Part shown: positions 35,706 through 43,763 of the stretch, in pieces
How positions within the stretch are numbered: position 1 is the stretch's first letter
How the letters are laid out: every line of letters starts with the position of its first letter
Virus record (IMG/VR): IMGVR_UViG_2843449061_000008
Coordinates: 24,102 to 88,101 of that record
Origin: a virus
Taxonomy: Duplodnaviria > Caudoviricetes
DNA: 64,000 bases
Direction: 5' to 3' (one strand)
Made by a program: the position numbers and the translations under genes
Notes under the pieces: generated by a model
The model's database searches: none
Told to the model about the DNA's origin: nothing
The model's input: the letters and a program-made list of their open reading frames with translations, nothing else

Positions 35706-37304
35706 ATGAAAATGGAGGCCGGCATGTCGCTGCCGCACGCCCACCCGTTTCCGTACCACCGGGTAGCGGAGCGGATGTTCAACACGCCGCTGCTGATCCA
35801 TCCGGGCCGGGCCAAGATCGTTGCCAATTACCTCGCGTCGCGCATGGGCCTGCCGCCCGTCGAGATGGACGCGGACTATGACGCCGCGCCTCGCTCCAAG
35901 GCGCCCATGCCGCCCGGGTCCATTGCCATCATTCCGGTCCATGGCACGCTGGTCCATCGGTCGTCCTGGATGTCGGCCATGTCCGGCCTCGTCTCCTATG
36001 AGGAACTGACCGAGGCATTCACTGATGCGGTGACGGACAGCAACGTTGCCGGAATCCTGTTTGACTTTGACACCGGCGGCGGCGAAGTGGCGGGCTGCTT
36101 CAGCTTGGTCGACCTGATCTACTCGTGTCGCGGCACCAAGCCGATCTGGGCGATTGCCAACGAGGCCGCTTATTCAGCCGGCTATGCCCTCGCCAGTGCC
36201 TGTGATCGCATCATCCTGCCCAAGACTGCTGGTGTCGGCTCGGTTGGTGTGGTCTCCATCCACATGGATCTGACCGGCGCCGATGAGAAGAACGGCGTCG
36301 CTTACACCCCGATCTTCGCCGGCGCTCGCAAGCTCGACGGATGGAGCCACGCTCCCCTCTCGGATGCCGCATTGTCCGATGCCCAGGGGAGGATTGACGA
36401 ACTGTATCGCCTCTTCGTCGCCACCGCGGCCCGTAATCGGGATGGACGGATTTCGGCTGCTGACGTGCGCGACACCGAAGCTGGCTGCTTTTACGGACAG
36501 GACGCGGTGACGCTTGGGCTGGCCGATGAGGTCGGCACCATGGCCGATGCCCTATTGCAGCTCGCCGAAGCGGCGGCTGTCACCTCGCGCGGCACGTCCG
36601 CTGCGCTTTCCACCAACGCCATGAACGAGGAGATCTGCATGGCTTCCATGAACGCGGCGGACGCGACCAGCGCCGTCGGCGATTCGGCCATTCCGTGCCC
36701 GGACTGCCAGAACCAGGGTGAATGCGAGGCGACCGGAGCCTGCAAGAATCAGGACGCGGGCGCTGAGACTGAGCAGGCAAGTGCGTCGGGCACCGACGTC
36801 GTCGCAAAGATCCTGTCCGTCGCCCATGCCCGCGTGACCAACGACTTCACCGGCCTCTCTGTCGGCATCGCCAACGAGGTGGCCGAGATCACCGGTGCCG
36901 CCGTCGGGCTCGACCGACTGGTCTCCTCAGTCTCGGCCATGCGCGAAGCGGCCCATGACGCTGGCTTTGCCGCCGGCAAGGAGATGGGGGCCAAGGAAGG
37001 CGCGGAAAAGGGCGCTGGGGATGCCCTCGACATGGCCCGCGAAATCGCCGCCCGCGCGGTTGCTGCCGGCATGCCGGGGATGCTGGTCGATCTGCTGAAG
37101 CCGGGGGCGACGCTCGACGCGGCGTCGGCGGTCATCAACAAGGCATCCGTCAACGCTGCCCGGGCTTCCGACATCTCCGCATCCCACGGCGACACCGACG
37201 GCCAGTTCACCATCAGCCGCGCCGACGCCGCCGACTTCACCAAGTACGCCCGGGTTCGTGAAGCCGCCGCCGTGCACGGCAAGCTGCCCACGATCACCGA
37301 CTAA
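35706..37304 (+). CDS. S49-family capsid protease with C-terminal scaffold (lambda gpC/Nu3-like); probable internal start at 36639
   Basis: IPVHGTL, FDFDTGGGE, AYSAGYALASA and GVGSVGV motifs; GAGGAG RBS before in-frame ATG 36639. Confidence 0.88.
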   Translation: MKMEAGMSLPHAHPFPYHRVAERMFNTPLLIHPGRAKIVANYLASRMGLPPVEMDADYDAAPRSKAPMPPGSIAIIPVHGTLVHRSSWMSAMSGLVSYEELTEAFTDAVTDSNVAGILFDFDTGGGEVAGCFSLVDLIYSCRGTKPIWAIANEAAYSAGYALASACDRIILPKTAGVGSVGVVSIHMDLTGADEKNGVAYTPIFAGARKLDGWSHAPLSDAALSDAQGRIDELYRLFVATAARNRDGRISAADVRDTEAGCFYGQDAVTLGLADEVGTMADALLQLAEAAAVTSRGTSAALSTNAMNEEICMASMNAADATSAVGDSAIPCPDCQNQGECEATGACKNQDAGAETEQASASGTDVVAKILSVAHARVTNDFTGLSVGIANEVAEITGAAVGLDRLVSSVSAMREAAHDAGFAAGKEMGAKEGAEKGAGDALDMAREIAARAVAAGMPGMLVDLLKPGATLDAASAVINKASVNAARASDISASHGDTDGQFTISRADAADFTKYARVREAAAVHGKLPTITD

Positions 37305-37331
37305 GCCACCCTCGTCCAAGGAGCGCCTCTC

Positions 37332-38468
37332 ATGGCCCAAAACTTCAACGCCTACGATCCGATCTTCTACGCCAACGAGTCCCTGATGCAGCTCCGCAAG
37401 GCGCTGGGCATGGCGGGCCGCGTGTACCGCGGCTACGACAAGGCCCCCCAGCAGAAGGGCAGCACCATCTCCATCCGTAAGCCGGGCACCTTCACCGCCC
37501 AGAATGCTCCGTCGCTGCCGCAGGACATCGACGCTCCCGAGGTGCAGATTAAGCTCGACCAGTGGAAGGACGTCCCGTTCAAGCTGACCGACAAGGATCT
37601 GAGCGCCACCGGCGAGGTGATCATTCAGGAACACATCGCGCCTGCCGCCTATGCCATCGCCGACGCGATCGACCAGTCGCTGAATGGCCTCTATGCCGAC
37701 ATCCCCTGGTTCTACGACATCGCCGCCACGGCCGGCGTCGCGGATGTTACCGCCGTGAATCAGATCATGTTCGACAACAAGGTTCCTCTGATCGACGCCA
37801 GCATGATCCATTGGGAGGTCGATTCAGACATGAAGACCGATCTGCTGAACCAGTCCGCATTCACGCAGTGGCAGGGATCGGGGCAGGCCGGCGTCAACGC
37901 GCAGGTCACCGGCGACATCGGGATGCGCTACGGCTTCAACTTTTTCGCCAACCAGAACGTCGCGCGGCACACCAAGGGAACGCTGTCGGCGACCACCGCC
38001 GCGCTGGTCGGCGCCCATGCCAAGGGCGCCAAGCAGGTGACGATCGATGCGGGAACCCTGACCGGCACTCTGAAGAAGGGTGACACCTTCGTCGTCGCCG
38101 GCCACGCCCAGCGCTACGCGGTCACCGCCGATGCGACCGCCTCGGCCAACCAGATCACGGTCGCCATTACCCCGGTCCTGGCGATCGACTACCCCGACAA
38201 CGCCCAGGTGACCGTCTCGCTCGATGACCACTCGGCGACGCTGGCGTTCCACCGCAACGCTTTCGCGCTCGCCATGGCGCCGTTGTCCACGATGGGGCAG
38301 GAGCTGGGCAGCGCTCGCATGGCCGTGGCGACCGATCCGGTCACAAACCTCTCGCTGCGCAGCACGCTCTGGTATGACGGCGGCGCCGCGGCGGTGAACG
38401 TGCGCATCGACGCGCTGTGGGGCGCCATGACCCTGGACCCGAACCTCGCCGTTCGAGGCCGGAACTAA
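37332..38468 (+). CDS. Major capsid protein, P22 gp5-like coat family
   Basis: KGSTISIRKP, V.IKLDQWK.V.F, AIADAID..L, AFHRNAFALAM and RIDALWG...LDP.LAVR; AAGGAG RBS. Confidence 0.85.
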   Translation: MAQNFNAYDPIFYANESLMQLRKALGMAGRVYRGYDKAPQQKGSTISIRKPGTFTAQNAPSLPQDIDAPEVQIKLDQWKDVPFKLTDKDLSATGEVIIQEHIAPAAYAIADAIDQSLNGLYADIPWFYDIAATAGVADVTAVNQIMFDNKVPLIDASMIHWEVDSDMKTDLLNQSAFTQWQGSGQAGVNAQVTGDIGMRYGFNFFANQNVARHTKGTLSATTAALVGAHAKGAKQVTIDAGTLTGTLKKGDTFVVAGHAQRYAVTADATASANQITVAITPVLAIDYPDNAQVTVSLDDHSATLAFHRNAFALAMAPLSTMGQELGSARMAVATDPVTNLSLRSTLWYDGGAAAVNVRIDALWGAMTLDPNLAVRGRN

Positions 38469-38521
38469 TCGGGTGCGGGCGGTCTTCGGATCGCCCACCC
38501 ACTTTCCCAGCGAGGCTCCCC

Positions 38522-38797
38522 ATGATCAAGACTGTCACGATCGTTGATCCTGGACGGGACGGCGATTCCCTCGTCATCAACGAAGCCGATTTCGACTCGG
38601 CCAACCACGTCCTCTGGGAAGAGCGAGGAGCCGCCGAAGATTCGTCGGAATCCCTGCGCGAAGCGGCGCAGGACCCGGACACGATGTCCCGTGCGCAGAT
38701 GTTCAAGTTCCTGCGCGACCGTGGCGAAACCCCGGCACCCGCGACCAAGGACGAGACTCTGCGCGAACGCGTGCGCGTCATCATCGCCGAAGGCTGA
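38522..38797 (+). CDS. Small head-associated protein (HeH/LEM-like C-terminus)
   Basis: INEADFD...MSRAQMFKFLRDRG...KDETLRE; post-capsid position. Confidence 0.55.
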   Translation: MIKTVTIVDPGRDGDSLVINEADFDSANHVLWEERGAAEDSSESLREAAQDPDTMSRAQMFKFLRDRGETPAPATKDETLRERVRVIIAEG

Positions 38798-38803
38798 GCG
38801 AGC

Positions 38804-39643
38804 ATGCAATTTGCCCCGCACATGGCCGCTCTGTTCCGTGCCATGGGCGCCCCGGCCCTCTATACGCCCCCAACCGGTGACCCGATCCCGTGCCGGGCGA
38901 TCCGCGCCACACAGCCGCTGCGGTTCGGAACCATCGACCTGCCGGTCGAGGGGGCGTGCTTCGATCTCCTCCGGTCGGAGGTGGTGCCTGCAGTTGGCGG
39001 CACCTTCACCGTGGGCGGGGCGACCTATTCGGTGGACATCCCGCCCATCCCCTTCCCGGTGGACCATGACCCCGAAGGCCTGCGCGCCCGGCTGCTGTGC
39101 GGTTGGGGCACGTCGGCGACCTTCCGGGCCACCACCGGCAACCAGAACACCCTGAACCCGCCAACCGGCTCCGGCTGGATCGTCGCTACCGCGGCGCCGG
39201 CCGGCGCTTCGACCGTCAGCATCAAGGCGACGCTGACCACTGGCCAACTCCTGACCGGTGACCGTGCCGTGATCGGCGGCGAGGCCTTCGCCATCACCGC
39301 GCCCGTCTCGGCGGCCGGGAACGTCTTCGCCAACGTGCCGCTCGACCGGGCCTTGCCGGCGCCAGTGGCCGCTGGCGCGCCGGCCGCCTTCTCGTTCGCC
39401 TGCGACCGGCCCTTGAAGGCCGCGGTGCGCAGTTTCGAAGCCGCTCAGCTCCTCGGCGGGATCGTGGTGGGCGACCAGCGCCTGATCGTGCCGCAGGTCG
39501 CCCTGGACGCCGCTGGCGTGCCTATCGAGCCGTCCGCGGCGCACAGCGTGCTGATCGGCGCGCAGCGCTGGCGGGTCAAGACGGCGGTCGCTGCTCGACA
39601 GTCCGGCGCCGCGGTGCTGTGGGATCTGCACGTCGGAGCGTGA
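38804..39643 (+). CDS. Head-closure/joining protein (gpFII-like halves) containing a coat I-domain-like insert
   Basis: FII-like N-terminal and C-terminal segments flank a beta-rich segment similar to the capsid insertion domain. Confidence 0.55.
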   Translation: MQFAPHMAALFRAMGAPALYTPPTGDPIPCRAIRATQPLRFGTIDLPVEGACFDLLRSEVVPAVGGTFTVGGATYSVDIPPIPFPVDHDPEGLRARLLCGWGTSATFRATTGNQNTLNPPTGSGWIVATAAPAGASTVSIKATLTTGQLLTGDRAVIGGEAFAITAPVSAAGNVFANVPLDRALPAPVAAGAPAAFSFACDRPLKAAVRSFEAAQLLGGIVVGDQRLIVPQVALDAAGVPIEPSAAHSVLIGAQRWRVKTAVAARQSGAAVLWDLHVGA

Positions 39644-40098
39644 CGATGATCGATGACGCTGCCATCCGTGCTGCCCTGCATGCCGTCCTGGCTGATGGAC
39701 CGATTCCGGAATCCGACATCGGGCGCTTGGGCGACTTCTCGTTCCAGCCGTCTCCTGACCGGGTGCACCTGCGCGTGTCCCTGATCTGGGAGCGCAAGGC
39801 GAAGACCGGCGCCGTGCTGACCGAGGCGTCCGGCATCTGGCAGGTGTTGGTTTACGCCCCTGAGGGGACGCAGGTCGATGCGGTCGAGAGCGTGGCCCTT
39901 TCGGTGGGCCTGCTGTACGAGCCGCACGTCGACGGGCCACAGCTCGGGGACATCGTGCGCATCACCGACGTGCAGACCCTAACGGCTGTGGACGGGCAAG
40001 ACCGTCCGACGAACGACGGCAGCCCTGGTCTGCGCTGGGTTGTCGTGCCCCTCCAGGTCGATTTTCGGCTGGAGCTGATCCCTGACGGAATCGCCTAA
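39640..40098 (+). CDS. Tail terminator-like protein
   Basis: Position before the tail tube; F.P......LRVSL...GIWQV.VYAP.G pattern. Confidence 0.55.
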   Translation: MTMIDDAAIRAALHAVLADGPIPESDIGRLGDFSFQPSPDRVHLRVSLIWERKAKTGAVLTEASGIWQVLVYAPEGTQVDAVESVALSVGLLYEPHVDGPQLGDIVRITDVQTLTAVDGQDRPTNDGSPGLRWVVVPLQVDFRLELIPDGIA

Positions 40099-40190
40099 GC
40101 CTCTCGCTCAACCCTTTCCCGAGATGACGGGAATCACAGCCGCCCGGCATCCCGCCGTGGCGGCTTTTCCACGTAAATGGAGAAAGCCCC

Positions 40191-40550
40191 ATGGCAACTC
40201 TGAGTGTTCAGGACACCAGCGAAGTCGGCGCCGCGCTGACCTATTCCAACGCCGCCGGCGGAGGCGACGATTTCGTCAATGCCAGCGACCGGATCGTCCT
40301 CCACGTCAAGAACGGCTCGGCCAGTCCGATCAATGTGACGATCGCCGCCCAGACCGTCGCAGCCTCTGTTCCCGGTCTGGGTATCGTCTCGAAGGCCAAC
40401 CAGGTCGTGGCGGTGCCGGCCGGCGGCGACCGCATCATCGGGCCGTTCCCCGCGCGCGCCTTCAACAACCCGTCCACGTCGAAGGTGTCCGTCAGCTACT
40501 CGGCGACCACCACGGTCACCGTGGCGGCCTTCCGCGTCCCGGCCCTGTAA
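40191..40550 (+). CDS. Virion structural protein (beta-rich, decoration-like)
   Basis: AAGGGDDF.N...LHVKNGS.SPINVTI...VAVPAG...IGPF; GGAGA RBS. Confidence 0.6.
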   Translation: MATLSVQDTSEVGAALTYSNAAGGGDDFVNASDRIVLHVKNGSASPINVTIAAQTVAASVPGLGIVSKANQVVAVPAGGDRIIGPFPARAFNNPSTSKVSVSYSATTTVTVAAFRVPAL

Positions 40551-40568
40551 TCGAGGAGCACAGCGATC

Positions 40569-41015
40569 ATGGCGACCTCCACGTCCATCCAGGCGAAGGC
40601 CGGCCGCGCCTTCACCATCAAGGTCAGCGACGGCGCGGCCACGCCGACCTTTCTGACCATCGGCGGCCTGAAGTCCACCAACCTCCAGCTCAACGGTGGT
40701 GCGGTGGACATCACCAACGTCGGATCGGCGGGCTGGAAGGAATACCTGCCGGGCGGTGCCTCGAAGGAACTTTCCATCTCCGGCGACGGCATCTTCGACA
40801 GCTTGACCGTCGGCGCCCGCAAAATCTGGAACGCGGCCATGGCCATGGACGCCACCGGCTACATCGAGTGCCAGATCATCTCGGGCCATGGCGACAGCTT
40901 CGTCGGCACCTTCGTGGTCGAGAGCTACAGCCGCAAGGGCGATGACGGCAGTGCCGAGACCTTCAGCATCAGCCTGAAGTCCTCCGGCCCGCCGACCTAC
41001 GTGCCGGCGCCGTAA
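40569..41015 (+). CDS. Major tail (tube) protein, TP901-1/GTA family
   Basis: F.TIGGLKST.L.LN...VDITN.GS.GW.E.L.GG......ISGDGIF. Confidence 0.88.
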   Translation: MATSTSIQAKAGRAFTIKVSDGAATPTFLTIGGLKSTNLQLNGGAVDITNVGSAGWKEYLPGGASKELSISGDGIFDSLTVGARKIWNAAMAMDATGYIECQIISGHGDSFVGTFVVESYSRKGDDGSAETFSISLKSSGPPTYVPAP

Positions 41016-41160
41016 GCTCATCGATCGCCTTTCCCTGACCCGGACCAGGAACATCCGTTGGCCGAGAGGCTGACCACCCGCGCGAGGTGCGGGCGGCGGA
41101 GCGTCCGGGATGCGCTCTGCCGCCCTTCGCGATTCCAAATGTCTATCCCGGAGACATCCC

Positions 41161-41583
41161 ATGTCCGATATCGATGCGACGAAAGCCGCCAAGTTGCAGG
41201 CCGAAACCGACTTGTTGGCGGCGCGCGTTCGGCATCTCTATGAAGGCGACCCCGACGGCCGGCAGGCCGGCGACATCAAGCCCAGCCGCTTCCGCCCGCA
41301 GTACCGTGCCCTGTCCGACGAGGAGAAGGCGCTGCACGACCAGATCAAGGCCAAGGCCGCTGAGCTGGAAACCCTGTTCGAGCAGGCGCGCGACCTGCGC
41401 TATCCGCCTGTGGATCTGCGCGACTTCAGCGGCATCACGGCGGCTGACGTGCAGGCCGGCGGCATCGAGTTCCTGGAGGGCGCGGCGTTCGTCGGCGCGA
41501 CGCTGGGCACCGACTACTTCAGCGAGGGCATGAAGGCCCTGGAACTGTCGGTCATGTGGACGGTCAAGGGCCTGACGGCCTGA
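41161..41583 (+). CDS. Acb2/Tad1-like helical-hairpin protein (candidate immune-signal sponge)
   Basis: FRPQYRALSDEEKALHDQIKAKAAEL..LF...ALELSVMWTVKGLTA; GGAGA RBS. Confidence 0.55.
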   Translation: MSDIDATKAAKLQAETDLLAARVRHLYEGDPDGRQAGDIKPSRFRPQYRALSDEEKALHDQIKAKAAELETLFEQARDLRYPPVDLRDFSGITAADVQAGGIEFLEGAAFVGATLGTDYFSEGMKALELSVMWTVKGLTA

Positions 41584-41589
41584 TCGCTC

Positions 41590-41835
41590 ATGCGCATCCG
41601 CCACGACCAGCCAGGCGCCCGCTTCTGCAGGATCGTGGACGCGGTATCTGGCGAGCCGATCACCAACGTGATCGAGGCCGACGACACCGAAGGCTGGTAC
41701 GTCGCCTACAAGCTCGGCCCCGACGGCAAGTTCGCCCTCTCCGCTGATCGCGATTCCGTCGTGTCCGAGCGTGTCGAGCGCCCAATCAAGATCATCGCCC
41801 CGGAATGGGCCGTCTCCCTGACGGCTTTCCCCTGA
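41590..41835 (+). CDS. Hypothetical protein (81 aa)
   Basis: Compact beta-rich ORF within the tail operon. Confidence 0.6.
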   Translation: MRIRHDQPGARFCRIVDAVSGEPITNVIEADDTEGWYVAYKLGPDGKFALSADRDSVVSERVERPIKIIAPEWAVSLTAFP

Positions 41836-41864
41836 TTCCCAATCCCATCCCGAAGGACCATCCC

Positions 41865-42695
41865 ATGTCCATGCTGCCCATCACCGCCGCCAAGCCCTTC
41901 CTGTTCATCCGGCTGGTGGACCAGATCGAGAAGGCCCGCGACGCTGTGGCCGAGGCCACCCGCAAGCTCGCCAACTCCACTGCCGCGCTGGAAGCGAAGC
42001 CGGATGACGCGGAACTGAGGAAGGACGTCGATGAGGGCGAGAAGCTGCTGGCCGACGCATACGAGGAATTGGACCGGCTGGAGGCCGAACTGGAGGCCAA
42101 CCCCGACCAGCCCGTCTACAAGCTGCGGGTCCCGAGCTTCGACATCAACGCCGCCTTCGAGGAGGCGCTGGTCCGCCTGCCGACCTACCCGGGTGACCGG
42201 AAGATGTTCCGCGCCATTGAGGCGAGCTGCCTGATTCCGAGCGACGACCCCGATTTCGTTGTCGTGAAGGAGGCCCTGAAGAAGTCCGGCGGCGGTGTGT
42301 CCGAGGATCTCAGCGCGATCTTCCAGGACCTGTACGAGCGCGCCGACAATGCCGAGGCGGTCCAGGACATCCGAGCGGCCCGCCTCCGCTTCACCAAGGG
42401 CGTGGCCCGTCTCCGCACGAAGCATTACTTGATCGGCTTCGAAGGCGTCCGCGACCTGGATGGCGATCTCGTGCCCTATCTCGCCGAGAACGGCTATCCG
42501 ACCGACGCCACCATCAACGCCATCCCTCCGGAGGACATCACCGCCATCGGCGACAAGGTGCAGGAGTTGAACACGTTGCGCGGCCGCGGGGGAAACTCTC
42601 GTCGCGGGGCGAAGTCCTCCGCCTCGCCGCAGCCGTCGCAGCCGAGCCCGACCGATACCGTGACGGAGACGGTGGAGATCCAGAGGATTCCGTAA
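41865..42695 (+). CDS. Tail assembly chaperone (gpG-like), with a -1 slippery site at 42590-42596
   Basis: Lies between tail tube and tape measure; G-GGA-AAC heptamer in frame. Confidence 0.65.
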   Translation: MSMLPITAAKPFLFIRLVDQIEKARDAVAEATRKLANSTAALEAKPDDAELRKDVDEGEKLLADAYEELDRLEAELEANPDQPVYKLRVPSFDINAAFEEALVRLPTYPGDRKMFRAIEASCLIPSDDPDFVVVKEALKKSGGGVSEDLSAIFQDLYERADNAEAVQDIRAARLRFTKGVARLRTKHYLIGFEGVRDLDGDLVPYLAENGYPTDATINAIPPEDITAIGDKVQELNTLRGRGGNSRRGAKSSASPQPSQPSPTDTVTETVEIQRIP

Positions 42696-43057
42696 TCGGA
42701 CCGTGGGAGGTGCTGGGGGAGACGTGGCACGTCAACCCCAAGCGCTTCATTCCCGGCTGGGCCTGGACGATGGTGCGGCTCTGGCGCATGTCGCAGGGTG
42801 GCACGGGTGTTGGGCACCTCCCCGAAGGTCCGCGGGCCATGAGCCAATCCACCCTCATGATGGACGCCTTCGCGCTGATGACCGAGGCCGAAGCGGAAAT
42901 GCGGGCCGAGGGCGAGAGCAAGCCGGGCGTCTGGACCAAGCGGCAGATCGCCGACGTACGGGCCAGCGTGGCGCGGTCGAAAGAACTCTACCCGGACGGA
43001 CCGGCCACCGGCGCGTTGCTGGAGGCGGTCATGAAGTCGCGCCAGCGAGAGGAATGA
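42593..43057 (+). CDS. -1 frame extension (gpT-like) of the tail chaperone
   Basis: The -1 frame is open from 42593 (KLSSRGEVLRLAAAVAAEPDRY...) to the stop at 43057, with no ATG near its start. Confidence 0.65.
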   Translation, partial: KLSSRGEVLRLAAAVAAEPDRYRDGDGGDPEDSVIGPWEVLGETWHVNPKRFIPGWAWTMVRLWRMSQGGTGVGHLPEGPRAMSQSTLMMDAFALMTEAEAEMRAEGESKPGVWTKRQIADVRASVARSKELYPDGPATGALLEAVMKSRQREE

Positions 43058-43060
43058 ACC

Positions 43061-43672
43061 ATGGCCCGTGATCCTGCGTTCGACCGGCAGGTCTTCCTCA
43101 TGCTGCGCGGCGCGGAGCAGAACGTTCAGAAGCTGTTCGTTCAGCGCATCCACCAGGAATTGGGCCGGGCCCAGATGGAAGCCCGGCCCGCCGGGTGGGA
43201 CCAGTGGATAGACGGGAAGGAGGGGGCGCCGATCGAAAGCGTCTCCCCCTTCGGCGTCGCGGTGTTCGAGTTCCGGTACATGCCGGAAATCATCTGCTTC
43301 GCCCTGGACATCCTGTTCGCCAACAGTCCGATCGACATGCACCCGCGGGCGGACAACATCGTCTTCCGCGAGTTCCGGCAGCTGTTCGTGGATGGGGAAT
43401 TTCGGGACGACGTGAGTGACGGCATGGAGCCGTCCGATTTCAGGTGGATGCTCGATATGCCGAGAGGCACCGAGTACCTGCTGACCGATGACGAACCCTA
43501 TGCCGGCAAACTGGAACGAGGGTTCTCCGACCAGGCGCCCAACGGTGTCTACAAGGTGTCTTGCGACACCGTGCGCCGACGATACGGGAATCTCGTCCAG
43601 GTTCAATTCCAGTGGGTTCGATCCGAGGGCGCGAAGCGTGGCGCCCCGGCCATGATGATCCGGGAGCTGTAA
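43061..43672 (+). CDS. Tail-completion / neck protein (HK97 gp10-like)
   Basis: DDEPYAGKLERGFSDQAPNGVY motif. Confidence 0.55.
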   Translation: MARDPAFDRQVFLMLRGAEQNVQKLFVQRIHQELGRAQMEARPAGWDQWIDGKEGAPIESVSPFGVAVFEFRYMPEIICFALDILFANSPIDMHPRADNIVFREFRQLFVDGEFRDDVSDGMEPSDFRWMLDMPRGTEYLLTDDEPYAGKLERGFSDQAPNGVYKVSCDTVRRRYGNLVQVQFQWVRSEGAKRGAPAMMIREL

Positions 43673-43763
43673 GGCTCCAAACGCATAGGCCCGCCATCGG
43701 CGGGCTTTCCTGATTCTGGGCGCCCGGCCTTGCCGTGGCGCCCTTTTTCGTTGGGTGTCGCCC

